Assembly (NCBI GenBank): GCA_963824495.1
Contig: CAWGPQ010000005.1
Span: forward strand, 32,001 to 96,000
Direction of reading: 5' to 3'
Length of the DNA: 64,000 bases
Origin: an uncultured bacterium
Lineage (GTDB): Bacteria; Babelota; Babeliae; Babelales; Babelaceae
The translations under genes were made by a program, and so were the position numbers. The number at the start of each line of letters is the position of its first letter. The first letter of the stretch is position 1. The notes under the pieces were generated by a model. It was not told the DNA's origin. It was given only the letters and a program-made list of their open reading frames with translations, and did no database searches. This document shows, in pieces, positions 26,989 through 37,043 of this stretch.

Positions 26989-29061
26989 TTAAAGACCTAA
27001 ATCTTTAAAGAACGCATCACTCCGTGGCTCACGACCCAAGAAATCTTCAAGAAGTTTATACGGATCTTCGGCTCCGCCCCTACTTAAGATTGCCTCTCTA
27101 TAGCGCTTGCCAATTTCAGGGTTAAGTAACCCAAATTGCTTGATGTAATCGAAAAGATCAACAGCGTAGACACGAGACCACAAATAGCCATAGTATTTAG
27201 CACCATAGCCTGTTAAATGACCAAATGATGCAACAAAGTGATCGTTGGGTGCTACAAGAAGATGCGGTCGTATACGAGCAACAATATCATGCGCTAGAGC
27301 GTAAATCTCTTTATCTGCGCCTTCTTTATAGTAATCAAGCGCAATAGTAGCTAACGCAATTTGGCGTTCAACAAAATTACCAGTACCAAAATGTTTGGTC
27401 TTGAGTATTTTATTGATCATTTCGTCAGGTAATGGCTCATGAGTTTGATAGTGAGAGCTTATTTGCTTGAGAATATGAGGGTCCCACAGCCATTCCTCAA
27501 GCATCTGTGAAGGCAGCTCAACAAAATCACGTTTTACGTGTGTACCAGATAAGCTCCCAATATCAGTTGCGCCAAATAACGTATGAAGGGCGTGACCGAA
27601 TTCATGAAAAAGTGTTGATACATCACCACGTGGCAAAAGTGACGGGCGATTATGCGTTGGAGCAGCAAAATTGGCAAGAACAACTGCTACAGCTGGAAAG
27701 TATGGTTGACCCCTAACGGCTCGTATTGCTGGCACAATACCGATCTGGCAAGCATGAGTGTATTTATTTGGGCGTGGAAATAAATCAAGAAGTAAGTAGC
27801 CCAAAAGCTGGCCATGAGCATCATGGGCACTCAAGAGTTTAACGTCATGATGCCAAAAATCTGGTGAGGTAAGTTGGCTAAACTTAACGCTGAAAAACTG
27901 TTCATAGATAGCAAGTAATTCTTGAAGAATATGATCAAGGGGAAAATACTCTGCAACATGACGTTCATCAAGACTAAAATTCTGTTCCTTATAGGCGGCT
28001 GCAGCATAAGCCATATCCCATGGCTTAAATTTTCCTGATGGCGTAAGGCTTACTTGTGCCGGAAGATTATTTGCAAGATCATTAAGTTCTTGTTCTACCT
28101 TGGGTATGGCACGCATGCGCAAGTTGTCAAGAAACTGTTCAACGTTTTTGGGGCTTTTAGCCATCTCATTGCTAATATCAAACTCTGCATAGCTTGAATA
28201 GCCTAAAAGATGTGCAAGTTTGTCACGCTCGGCAATAAGCTTGGTAAGTAGAGGCGTATTAACTGGGTACGCTCTATTAACAAAGGCTGTCCATAGCTTC
28301 TCTCGAGTTGACTCTACTGAGCAGTGATCAAGTACTTGGTGATAGGTAGGATAGTCAACACCTAAGACATAAAAACCGTCATCAGTTCGTTTAAGCGACG
28401 TAATAAAATCTTCACTTAAGCCTGCAAGCTCATCATGAGATACGGTAACAGTATGATTATCGGTAGCAATATTGGTCTCAAAATCGAGTTCAAGGGCAGC
28501 AATTGCTTTTTTGACCTTTTTTACTTCTTCCTGTAGCGCATCGGGTAAGTTAAGTCCATCTCGTTTAAAATCTTTTAAGATATCGTGAATAAAATACCGT
28601 TCTTGATCGCTCAGGGATTCTTGGGTCATACCATGAGCAGCATATTCTTTGAATGCTCGATAAAGAGCTTTATTTTGAGATACATAATCAACCTCAAAAT
28701 CTTGTAGTTTAATAAGTGCATCATGAGCAGCTGAGCGAAGATCAGCGTCAGGACTTGCCATTTCAAGAGTTTGAAGAGCGCTGGTTAGTTCACGCAGTGC
28801 AACATGAGCTTGATCAAAGGCACGAGCAGTGTTGTCAAATGTGCGTTGTTCGGCAGAAATTGAGGTGATAGTATCAAGCTCGCTGGTAATGTCTCTTATA
28901 AGTTTTTTGGTACGGCTTTCGATGCCCTGAGGGTTGCCAGGAAATAATGCCATGACGTCACCAACGGTCTGTATGGGGGTTATCATAACCAAAGATCCTC
29001 CGTATAACCAAGAAACTATGAAACAAGTACTTAAAAAAGAGCGTATAATTATGTGCTTCAA
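26989..29061 (-). CDS. M3A metallopeptidase (thimet oligopeptidase-like), copy 2
   Basis: FHEFGHALH, DFVELPSQMLEEW, YYGYLWS; colinear with copy 1. Confidence 0.93.
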   Translation of the reverse strand: MKHIIIRSFLSTCFIVSWLYGGSLVMITPIQTVGDVMALFPGNPQGIESRTKKLIRDITSELDTITSISAEQRTFDNTARAFDQAHVALRELTSALQTLEMASPDADLRSAAHDALIKLQDFEVDYVSQNKALYRAFKEYAAHGMTQESLSDQERYFIHDILKDFKRDGLNLPDALQEEVKKVKKAIAALELDFETNIATDNHTVTVSHDELAGLSEDFITSLKRTDDGFYVLGVDYPTYHQVLDHCSVESTREKLWTAFVNRAYPVNTPLLTKLIAERDKLAHLLGYSSYAEFDISNEMAKSPKNVEQFLDNLRMRAIPKVEQELNDLANNLPAQVSLTPSGKFKPWDMAYAAAAYKEQNFSLDERHVAEYFPLDHILQELLAIYEQFFSVKFSQLTSPDFWHHDVKLLSAHDAHGQLLGYLLLDLFPRPNKYTHACQIGIVPAIRAVRGQPYFPAVAVVLANFAAPTHNRPSLLPRGDVSTLFHEFGHALHTLFGATDIGSLSGTHVKRDFVELPSQMLEEWLWDPHILKQISSHYQTHEPLPDEMINKILKTKHFGTGNFVERQIALATIALDYYKEGADKEIYALAHDIVARIRPHLLVAPNDHFVASFGHLTGYGAKYYGYLWSRVYAVDLFDYIKQFGLLNPEIGKRYREAILSRGGAEDPYKLLEDFLGREPRSDAFFKDLGL

Positions 29062-29165
29062 TGATAGTCCTTTTTTTAAGAATTGAGCAGCAAGTTTGGT
29101 ATATCTTAAAATAATTACCAGAGTCTAGCAAGAATTCACATAGTACCTCAGCTCATGTTCTCGGT

Positions 29166-29612
29166 TTAGGCAACTGGAGCACTAATAGTTCTATCACCTA
29201 ATAGACGGGGTGCTAATACAGCTGTTAATTCTTGAGCATGTACTTGAGGATCGGCTTGTAGTCTTGCTAGTATCTGTTGGCGTTCCTGAAGTGTAAGGTG
29301 GATGAGAAAGGTTGTTATAGTGATAAGAGGTAAAGCGATAAAGCGAACACTGACGCAATCGAGAGCGTCTTGCATCTGATTAGTACATTCTTTACTTGTG
29401 CTCCTTTCCACGGTTGGTGTAATGCAATCTTCTGCCTTTTTGAACGTTTCATGACAGCACTGCTGTAAGAGCTGATCAAAGAGTATCCCAGTGCCTACAA
29501 TGCCAGCACTTACGAGAAGTTGCTTATTGTCATAATGAAATGCATGAGAAGCCGATGGGTTAAAAAGTAATGGCACGAGAGCTATTGTCAAAAGTAGAGT
29601 TCTATGGGTCAT
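29166..29612 (-). CDS. Hypothetical secreted/membrane protein
   Basis: Signal peptide from MTHRTLLL, Cys-containing loop, further hydrophobic segments. Confidence 0.6.
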   Translation of the reverse strand: MTHRTLLLTIALVPLLFNPSASHAFHYDNKQLLVSAGIVGTGILFDQLLQQCCHETFKKAEDCITPTVERSTSKECTNQMQDALDCVSVRFIALPLITITTFLIHLTLQERQQILARLQADPQVHAQELTAVLAPRLLGDRTISAPVA

Positions 29613-29810
29613 GTTCGTTCTGTGTATAAGTGGATTTAAAATAATAGTATCCAACGTGTTGTTTTTACATGAATTTTCAAAATTTGTCAAAATTTCCCCG
29701 AGAAAATTCACTTTGGAAAAATAATTATTTAATTATTATTGATAATTCGTATTATGATTTGATAGTCTAAGGGTAACAGATATTTTAACTGATAACTAAA
29801 GGGAAACTAT

Positions 29811-30200
29811 ATGAGAAATTTATTATTTGGCTTTGTGGGCTTACTTGTAATAGCCTCGAGTATATATTGTTCTTATAGTGGCAATTATCAAACTCTAGGA
29901 ACTTTTTACCCATCTCCTGCTTCGTCTGATCAACGTGCGGCATCACTTGAAGTAAAGGGTGATATTCAACATGCAGATCCTCACGAAGAATTTTCGGGAC
30001 GGCTTGTATATCCTGATGGTTCATGGTTAAGCATTATCACAGTTAAGGCTCCGGTACACTCTCGCTATGAAGATTACTATCCTACGATTGAAGGAGCACA
30101 ATATCTTGGATCCTATGCAATACGCTGGCGGCCAAGTAGTGATGTTATGTGGTCTCGCGCAATTTTGTATATTTTTGAGCCTCAGGTACAAGCCTGGTAA
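29811..30200 (+). CDS. Secreted hypothetical protein, family member A
   Basis: Signal peptide; GRLVYPDGSWLSIITV and GAQYLGS motifs shared with neighbours. Confidence 0.75.
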   Translation: MRNLLFGFVGLLVIASSIYCSYSGNYQTLGTFYPSPASSDQRAASLEVKGDIQHADPHEEFSGRLVYPDGSWLSIITVKAPVHSRYEDYYPTIEGAQYLGSYAIRWRPSSDVMWSRAILYIFEPQVQAW

Positions 30201-30223
30201 CACAACACAATAAGGAAATCATT

Positions 30224-30679
30224 ATGAAAAGATTAATTTTGTTAAGTTTAGCTTTTTTGGCTTATGGACCACTCGTAGCTATGGGTAGATTGGGTCTTCC
30301 GCCAGGCCGTACTATTGCAGCTCCTCAAAGTTCTATAGACATTACTGATATGCTGGATCATAGAGGAGGGCTTGAGGTGCCTAATTATGACCTGAACTCT
30401 TTAGCTGTAGACATTCCTGTGCCAGGCAGAATTGTTTACCATGATAGCTCAGCCTTACCCGTTACTGTTGTTCGTGCTTATAGTGGAACTCGCTATGCTT
30501 CTTATCAGCCTCAAGGTGCGGGACCTCTCGTTGCAGTGCAGACGCTTCCTAAAAGTGATGTAGAAGCAATGCCAGGTGCTGCAAATATTATCTTAGCCTT
30601 TGTTGGGCCAACACAAGCTTCGGATTTACGAGGTATTGCTCAGTTGGTATATGTTTCGCTGGTGGGTCAAGCCGAATAA
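30224..30679 (+). CDS. Secreted hypothetical protein, family member B
   Basis: Signal peptide; DLNSL, GRIVYHDSSALPVTVV, LRGIAQLVY. Confidence 0.75.
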   Translation: MKRLILLSLAFLAYGPLVAMGRLGLPPGRTIAAPQSSIDITDMLDHRGGLEVPNYDLNSLAVDIPVPGRIVYHDSSALPVTVVRAYSGTRYASYQPQGAGPLVAVQTLPKSDVEAMPGAANIILAFVGPTQASDLRGIAQLVYVSLVGQAE

Positions 30680-30973
30680 GGGTCGATGCACTATCTTGAA
30701 TCTTTTGTTGGGTTTTGGTGACAAGGCTGTATTATAAATTTTTTGAATCTTAAAAAGATTAATCCTTAAAACTTTTTTCTTAATTTTCTCTTTTAGCTAA
30801 TTTATGTTTTTATTCTACAAGAAGAAATTACTATTCCTTGGGATTTAATAAATAAATATGAGATAATAAGTTAAATTTATTGATATTAGCTAATTGGTTT
30901 CAGTATAATTAATTATGGGAAGGGTATCCTAAGAGAAATATTTATATTTATATTAAAATTCAAGGAGAGCTTT

Positions 30974-31633
30974 ATGAAAAATTTAATATTTTTAAGCTTA
31001 TCGCTTTTAACTCTCGTGCCTCTTGTGGGTATGACGCCATTTCAAGGGGAGCCGTTACATGGAACTGGGCCCTTGATTGAGACCGGTATTCCTGGACAAG
31101 GCCCAGAGTTGCCCCGTAGGAGTAAACCATCAGGCTTAAAATATGAACCGATTTTCCGAGAGCGCCTCCATCGAGGTACCCCGATAGGTGGTATGCTTCA
31201 GCCCTTAGATGCCGGTACTGTAGTCGAGCAGGGACATAAGGGGAACCTTAAATTGCTTCAAGCGAGAGGCGCCCGAAGGCTTGATCTTAATTCTGTAACT
31301 CAAGGTCAAAATCTTGAGGGTAACGTGGTGTACCCGGACGGCTCTCAATTGCCTGTTGTTGCAGTTGTTGGTCATGGTGCAACCTACTATAAGTCAAACG
31401 AGCCAACGAAAGAGCCACAAGCGTTATTTCTCGGTTTCGCTTCAGCCAAACTTCCAACTAATCTCGTTTTATATGTTTTCGTTCATAAAACTGAGCCGTT
31501 GACTTTACGTGGTACTGCTCAATTAGTTTATAATGAGCTGGTCAGATCGACCACCGAGCAGCCAGAAGAAGCTACGCTAAGGGCTGCTCCTGAAAGTGAG
31601 TTAGGTTTTCATACGTATGAACATACTCTGTAA
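30974..31633 (+). CDS. Secreted hypothetical protein, family member C
   Basis: AAGGAG RBS, signal peptide; DLNSV, GNVVYPDGSQLPVVAV, LRGTAQLVY. Confidence 0.75.
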   Translation: MKNLIFLSLSLLTLVPLVGMTPFQGEPLHGTGPLIETGIPGQGPELPRRSKPSGLKYEPIFRERLHRGTPIGGMLQPLDAGTVVEQGHKGNLKLLQARGARRLDLNSVTQGQNLEGNVVYPDGSQLPVVAVVGHGATYYKSNEPTKEPQALFLGFASAKLPTNLVLYVFVHKTEPLTLRGTAQLVYNELVRSTTEQPEEATLRAAPESELGFHTYEHTL

Positions 31634-31719
31634 TCACCAGGTGTAATACAATGAAATGTAAGAACTGAAGGAAAGTGACTTTGTAATAAAAAAAGTATAT
31701 TAAAGAAAGGGAGATTGTT

Positions 31720-32826
31720 ATGAAAAGAATTGAAATTTTAAGTATAACTCTTCTTGCGCTGATACCAGCATTTTGCATACGTGCTCAAGGATATGAGCCG
31801 GCAACAATCCAGCCTACGTACGCTAGTATTCAAACGCGTAAACCGGAAGTATGGCACCGAGAATGGGGATTTTATCATTTTAAAGCGGGCGAGCTTCGTA
31901 ATGGTAACGTATGGTCGATTGAATTTGTACAGCCCATTATTGGTGAAGATATTAAGGCAACATTAGCAAGAGTCCAACCAGGTGATCAAATAACCGGCAG
32001 AGCAGTTGCTTCTGATGGTAAAAAGAAGTTAGACATCATTGGTGTAGCAACTGGCGATACAGGCCAACCTCAATCACCAGAAAAGGGTGCTCAGTACCTT
32101 GGTAGTATACAAAATCCTAATCAACCTGGTAACTTCTTGGCTATTTTTAAGAGGGAAAGTGCTCGTGAAGCAACACAACGCTTGGCACGAGAAGCTCGGC
32201 AGGCAGGTCAACAAGCCTATACAAGCGCGCAACAATTTGGTAGAGAGGCTTATACTTCAGCTGCAGCAGGCCTCGGTAGCGTGGCAGGTACCCTTACGGC
32301 ACCTATTGCTTCGGCATTCAGGCCTCAGCCAGGCCCTACAGTATGGTATCGGGAGTTGGGATTGAAGTACGTTAGAATAGGACAGGTTCAAGCTGACGGT
32401 AAAACATGGGTGCTAGAATTTGCTGAGCCTCTGGTTGGTAAAGATATCGGTACAATATTGGCAGAAATCCAACCGGGTGATGAAGTAACCGGTAGCGCTA
32501 TTACGCCAGATCGTATGCAAAAGTTAAGTATTATTGCTGTAGCAGTTCCTGCCGGCGGTGATGCAAGTAAAACTCCTGTACCAGAGAAGGGTGCTCGATA
32601 TCTTGGTCAGATAACAAATCCTAATCAACGTGATAGCTCGTTAGCTATTTTTGGAAGGGAAAGCACTGTAGAAGCAGTACGACGCTGGGCAAAAGCTGAA
32701 CAGGCCGGCCAACAAGCTTTTACGACGGCTATGGGACAAACGAGTAGCGCAACAGCGGAGCCAGGTGTTTCCCCTGCATCGCAGCGACCAGTTTCACAGA
32801 ACGCTCCAGTACACACTGGACCATGA
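31720..32826 (+). CDS. Secreted hypothetical protein with internally duplicated domain, family member D
   Basis: Signal peptide; two copies of VW.RE.G...QPGD..TG...PEKGA.YLG.I.NPNQ...LAIF.RES. Confidence 0.8.
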   Translation: MKRIEILSITLLALIPAFCIRAQGYEPATIQPTYASIQTRKPEVWHREWGFYHFKAGELRNGNVWSIEFVQPIIGEDIKATLARVQPGDQITGRAVASDGKKKLDIIGVATGDTGQPQSPEKGAQYLGSIQNPNQPGNFLAIFKRESAREATQRLAREARQAGQQAYTSAQQFGREAYTSAAAGLGSVAGTLTAPIASAFRPQPGPTVWYRELGLKYVRIGQVQADGKTWVLEFAEPLVGKDIGTILAEIQPGDEVTGSAITPDRMQKLSIIAVAVPAGGDASKTPVPEKGARYLGQITNPNQRDSSLAIFGRESTVEAVRRWAKAEQAGQQAFTTAMGQTSSATAEPGVSPASQRPVSQNAPVHTGP

Positions 32827-32908
32827 CCCGTTATTTTCTAGAGGCACAAGTTATCCCTTTAGGTGTACAAATACCAGTAAACTTAGAGGGAAGATATACG
32901 AGAGAGTA

Positions 32909-32955
32909 ATGAAGTTATCAGGACCGGCTTTACTGCCGGTCTCGATAACTTTCAT
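32909..32955. terminator. Long hairpin between convergent genes
   Basis: ATGAAGTTATC-ag-GACCGGC-tttact-GCCGGTC-tc-GATAACTTTCAT. Confidence 0.6.
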
Positions 32956-32975
32956 AGTAGTATAAGACGAAGCCC

Positions 32976-34943
32976 TTAAAGCAGCTTTTTCAGCTCACTC
33001 CATTCTTCGCGATAGGCGATAGCGGTATCAAAATCTTCTGCTTGTGCTGCCTGTTGCATGAGCTGCTCGAGTTCAGCTATACGCTCAGCTAAAGCTACAG
33101 GTTGCCCTGATCGCTCTTGAGCAAGAGCAGTAGCTTTCTTTTTATGTTTTGATGCTTCAGCAATAGCTTTTTGAATATTAGAGATACTCTTAGTTACATC
33201 ACGTTTAACACTTGAGGGTATAATGGCATGCTTTTGATTATATGCTTCTTGAAGCGCACGTCGTCGATTTGTCTCATTAAGAGCGTCTTGCATAGATTGA
33301 GTAATAGTGTCGGCGTAGAGTATAACGCGTGATGCACTATTACGGGCAGCACGGCCGATAATCTGAATAAGTGATCGTTTGTCGCGCAAGAAGCTTTCAA
33401 CATCAGCATCCATAATAGCTACAAGGGCAACCTCAGGTAAATCAAGACCCTCTCTGAGTAGATTGACGCCAACTAAACAGTCAAATAGACCGGTACGTAG
33501 TTTATGTAACAGCTCTGTTCGTTGAGGTGTCTTAATATCACAGTGAAGATAGCATACTTTAATATGTTGCTCTTCTAGATAACGGGCCAATTCTTCAGCA
33601 AGTTTTTTAGTAAGAACGGTTACCAAACAGCGATGGCCCTTATCTCGTGTTGAACGAATTTGTTGTACCAAATGAGCAAGTTGCCCAGGACGAGGGTGTA
33701 GTTCTATTCGTGGGTCAACAAGACCTGTTGGTCGTATAACCTGTTCGGCAATAACAGTACTGTTTGAGAGTTCATAATTGCCTGGCGTAGCTGAGACAAA
33801 AATAACGTCATTAAAGTACCGTTCAATTTCTTCAAACTTTAATGGGCGATTATCGTGAGCCGATGGCAGCCTAAAGCCAAAATCTATTAAAGCTTTCTTT
33901 CGTGCTCGATCACCCATAAACATGCCTTTTAATTGAGGTATAGCGATATGGGATTCATCGATAACTAATAAGAAGTCTTTAAAGAAGTCAAATAAGCAAT
34001 AAGGTGGCTGGCCAGAGCTTCGGCCATCGAAATGTGCTGAATAGTTTTCAACCCCTGGGCAGGTGCCATGTTCTTCGAGTAATTCAAGATCATGAGCAAC
34101 ACGGGCTTTCAGTCGCTCTTGATAGAGTGGATTCTTCAAGCTCGGTACGTACGTATCAAGTTCTGCTTGAATACTTGCCAGTGCTGCGCCTTTCTTTTCT
34201 TCCGTCGTAACAAACGGCTTGGCAGGAAAGATAATGGTGTCATGTACTTCTTCACGTATGCTATTATCATGTTTTGTTACCCAATAGAGCCGCTCAATAC
34301 CTGAGCCATCAAGCTCTATGCGCAGCTTCTCTTTTTGATAGGGCACTATAACTTCAATTGTTGAGCCACGTACTTGGAAGGTGCCTGAAGCCGTTTCCAT
34401 ATCATTGCGCATATATTGAATAAAAATAAGTTTGCGGAGAAGTTCAGCCCTACTGATAACCTGACCCTTTGAGAGCGGTAATGCCAGGCTTTCGTAATCT
34501 GCCGGATTAGCCAGCGAATAAATACACGATACCGATGCCACAATAATGGTATCTTGTCTCGTAAGAGCAGACACTACGGCATCTATACGCAGGCGCTCTA
34601 TTTCACTGTTAACTTTAGTTTCTTTAGGGATATACATATCTTGAGCAGGCAGGTATGACTCCGGTTGATAATAATCATAATAGCTGACGAAATAGCACAC
34701 TTTGTTTTCTGGAAAAAAAAGTGAAAATTCTTCATACAGCTGAGCTGCTAGAGTCTTATTGGGCGATAGTACCAAAACTGGTTTTGACTGTTGAGCGATA
34801 ACCTGAGCTATTGTAAAAGTTTTGCCTGACCCTGTTACGCCCAAGAGAGTAGAAATGCCAGGTCGTGCTAGAGAAAGTTTCTCGATAGCCTGCGGCTGGT
34901 CTCCCGCTGCAGAAAATGGTGCATGTAATTTAAAAGTACTCAT
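32976..34943 (-). CDS. uvrB: Excinuclease ABC subunit B
   Basis: GVTGSGKT, NKTLAAQLY, FVSYYDYYQPE, DESH, GFRLPSA, NLLREGLDLPEV, GRAARN, C-terminal UVR helix. Confidence 0.97.
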   Translation of the reverse strand: MSTFKLHAPFSAAGDQPQAIEKLSLARPGISTLLGVTGSGKTFTIAQVIAQQSKPVLVLSPNKTLAAQLYEEFSLFFPENKVCYFVSYYDYYQPESYLPAQDMYIPKETKVNSEIERLRIDAVVSALTRQDTIIVASVSCIYSLANPADYESLALPLSKGQVISRAELLRKLIFIQYMRNDMETASGTFQVRGSTIEVIVPYQKEKLRIELDGSGIERLYWVTKHDNSIREEVHDTIIFPAKPFVTTEEKKGAALASIQAELDTYVPSLKNPLYQERLKARVAHDLELLEEHGTCPGVENYSAHFDGRSSGQPPYCLFDFFKDFLLVIDESHIAIPQLKGMFMGDRARKKALIDFGFRLPSAHDNRPLKFEEIERYFNDVIFVSATPGNYELSNSTVIAEQVIRPTGLVDPRIELHPRPGQLAHLVQQIRSTRDKGHRCLVTVLTKKLAEELARYLEEQHIKVCYLHCDIKTPQRTELLHKLRTGLFDCLVGVNLLREGLDLPEVALVAIMDADVESFLRDKRSLIQIIGRAARNSASRVILYADTITQSMQDALNETNRRRALQEAYNQKHAIIPSSVKRDVTKSISNIQKAIAEASKHKKKATALAQERSGQPVALAERIAELEQLMQQAAQAEDFDTAIAYREEWSELKKLL

Positions 34944-35216
34944 TATAGGGTCTTTGCTTCATTAAGAGATTATTACAGGCTTGAATTTTATTAACTCCAA
35001 TTATAGCATAAAAATCAACGTGTGTCATGTTTCGGTGATGTAGATATGTATCTGGTTGCTTGTAAACTAGCCACAGATTTAGCTGGCTAAAATGCTTTCT
35101 ATAAGATTTTTCTAGAAACTATATTTTATTGACTCTTAGATAATAATTTATATAAGCACTAGGGTAAAGAGTTTTTAAACTAAGTGTTTTTTTGAATTAA
35201 TAATAGGAGTTATCAG

Positions 35217-36862
35217 ATGAATCTTAAGACTATGGCAGTCTGGACAGTACGCAGCGATATTTTTATGATTGTAATGTTCAGTGTAGGATGGATATCTATA
35301 TCATGTGCGCAAGACCAATTAAGCATATGTAATGCGCTAGGTAAAGCAGTAACCTCTGCTCGTTCCGTTGATGATGTTAAAAAAACATATCGCAGCTTTG
35401 CTGTTAAGTGCCATCCAGACAAATTTAAAACCCTTGATGAAAAGAGAGCAGCGGCTGAGCTCTTTATTAAAATCACTGATTTTTACGAGGATTTCAGTGA
35501 AAAGCCAAGGACTGCTCAGTATACACCATCTGGTTATGGCCCAGAAACATACGTACAAGCCAATTCTGCTGTAGATAAGTTGTTGCTTGATGCAGCAGAA
35601 AGAGGTGATATACAAGCAGTTGAAAAAGCGCTTGCTCAAGGTGCTAATATTGATGCTCGGGATAGCAACGGTTATACTGCATTAATACAGGCAATTAGCG
35701 GTGACCATACGGATATTGCTAAGCTGCTTATAGAGTATGGCAGGCCATACGAAGCCTCGGCGAAGTATGGTGCTGATGTTAAGCTCGCCAATAAGTGGGG
35801 TGATACTGCGCTTATAATGCAGCGTCTGGAGGACTTATAGACATAGTCAAATTGCTTATAGAGCATGGTGCTAACGTTAATCATGCTAATGTAGATGGTG
35901 ATACTGCTTTGATAGATGCAGCTAATTTTGGACGTACAGATATAGTTAGAGTGCTTCTAAAAGCTAAAGCTGACGTTAATCATGCTGATTATCGCGGTGA
36001 TACCGCTCTCCATTATGCTGCAGGTAATGGGGACACAAATACCATCAAGGTACTTCTACGTTATAAAGCTGATATCAATCAAGCTAATGTGTATGGTGAT
36101 ACCCCTCTCATGTGGGCTTTTCGAAATGGTCATGTCAATACAGTTAAGCTACTTCTAGATCGTAAAGCTGATATTAATCACGCCGATAATAGGGGCGTAA
36201 CTGTCCTCAAGTTGGCAGTTGCTGGAGGGTATATAGACGTGGTTAAACTGCTTCTAGAAGCTAAAGTTGACGTTAATCATGGTGATATTAATGGGGATAC
36301 TGCTCTAATAGATGCAGCTGGAAGGGATCGTGCCGATGTAGTTAAGCTACTTATACAGGCTGGCGCTAACGTTAATCGTGCCAATAATGAGGCTCAAACT
36401 GCTCTCATATTAGCGGCTAAAAATGGTCGTACGGATGTAGTTAAAGTGCTTTTAGAGGCTAGAGCTGATGTTAACCCTGCTGATTATCGTGGCAATACTG
36501 CGCTTATCAGTGCGGCTGAGCGTGGTTATACCGATATAGTTAGGCTACTTCTAGATGCTGGTGCTCATGTTAACCACGTGAATAATAATGGTGAAACCGC
36601 TTTTACATTAGCATCTGAAAATAATCATGAAGAGGTGGTTAACCTGCTTGCATCTGCAATAACAAAACAAAAAGCTCCGGTTAGCTTTAGGCTTTATGCA
36701 CTAGTATTTAAGAATACATTGCCAGATCATACACAAAAGCTCGATCGCTTGATAGCTCTTTATGAGCAGCTTCCTGCTGATACGTCTTTACAGAAGAAGC
36801 TGAAAGAGCTAGCCCGCGAGAAATTCATTTTTAAATTTCATAGTGATCCTGAAAAGAAATAG
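35217..36862 (+). CDS. Exported J-domain plus ankyrin-repeat protein, split by one frameshift near 35817
   Basis: Hydrophobic leader, VKKTYRSFAVKCHPDK (HPD), about 11 ankyrin repeats across ORFs 35217-35840 and 35852-36862; restoring one base gives TALI-x-AASGGLIDIVKLLIEHGANVN. Confidence 0.8.
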
Positions 36863-37043
36863 TATCACCATCTGAAGATACCATTCAAGCTATTGTTCAA
36901 CGAACTATAAGTCCTATGTGCTAGATAGTGGATAGCTTAGGCTGAAGATAAAATAGGGCTTGTATTTACTTTCACTTCCTGGTAGTGTCAAGAGATGCAA
37001 ATTGTATATACTCTTTTGACCAGGTATAGATGGAGTTTATGGT

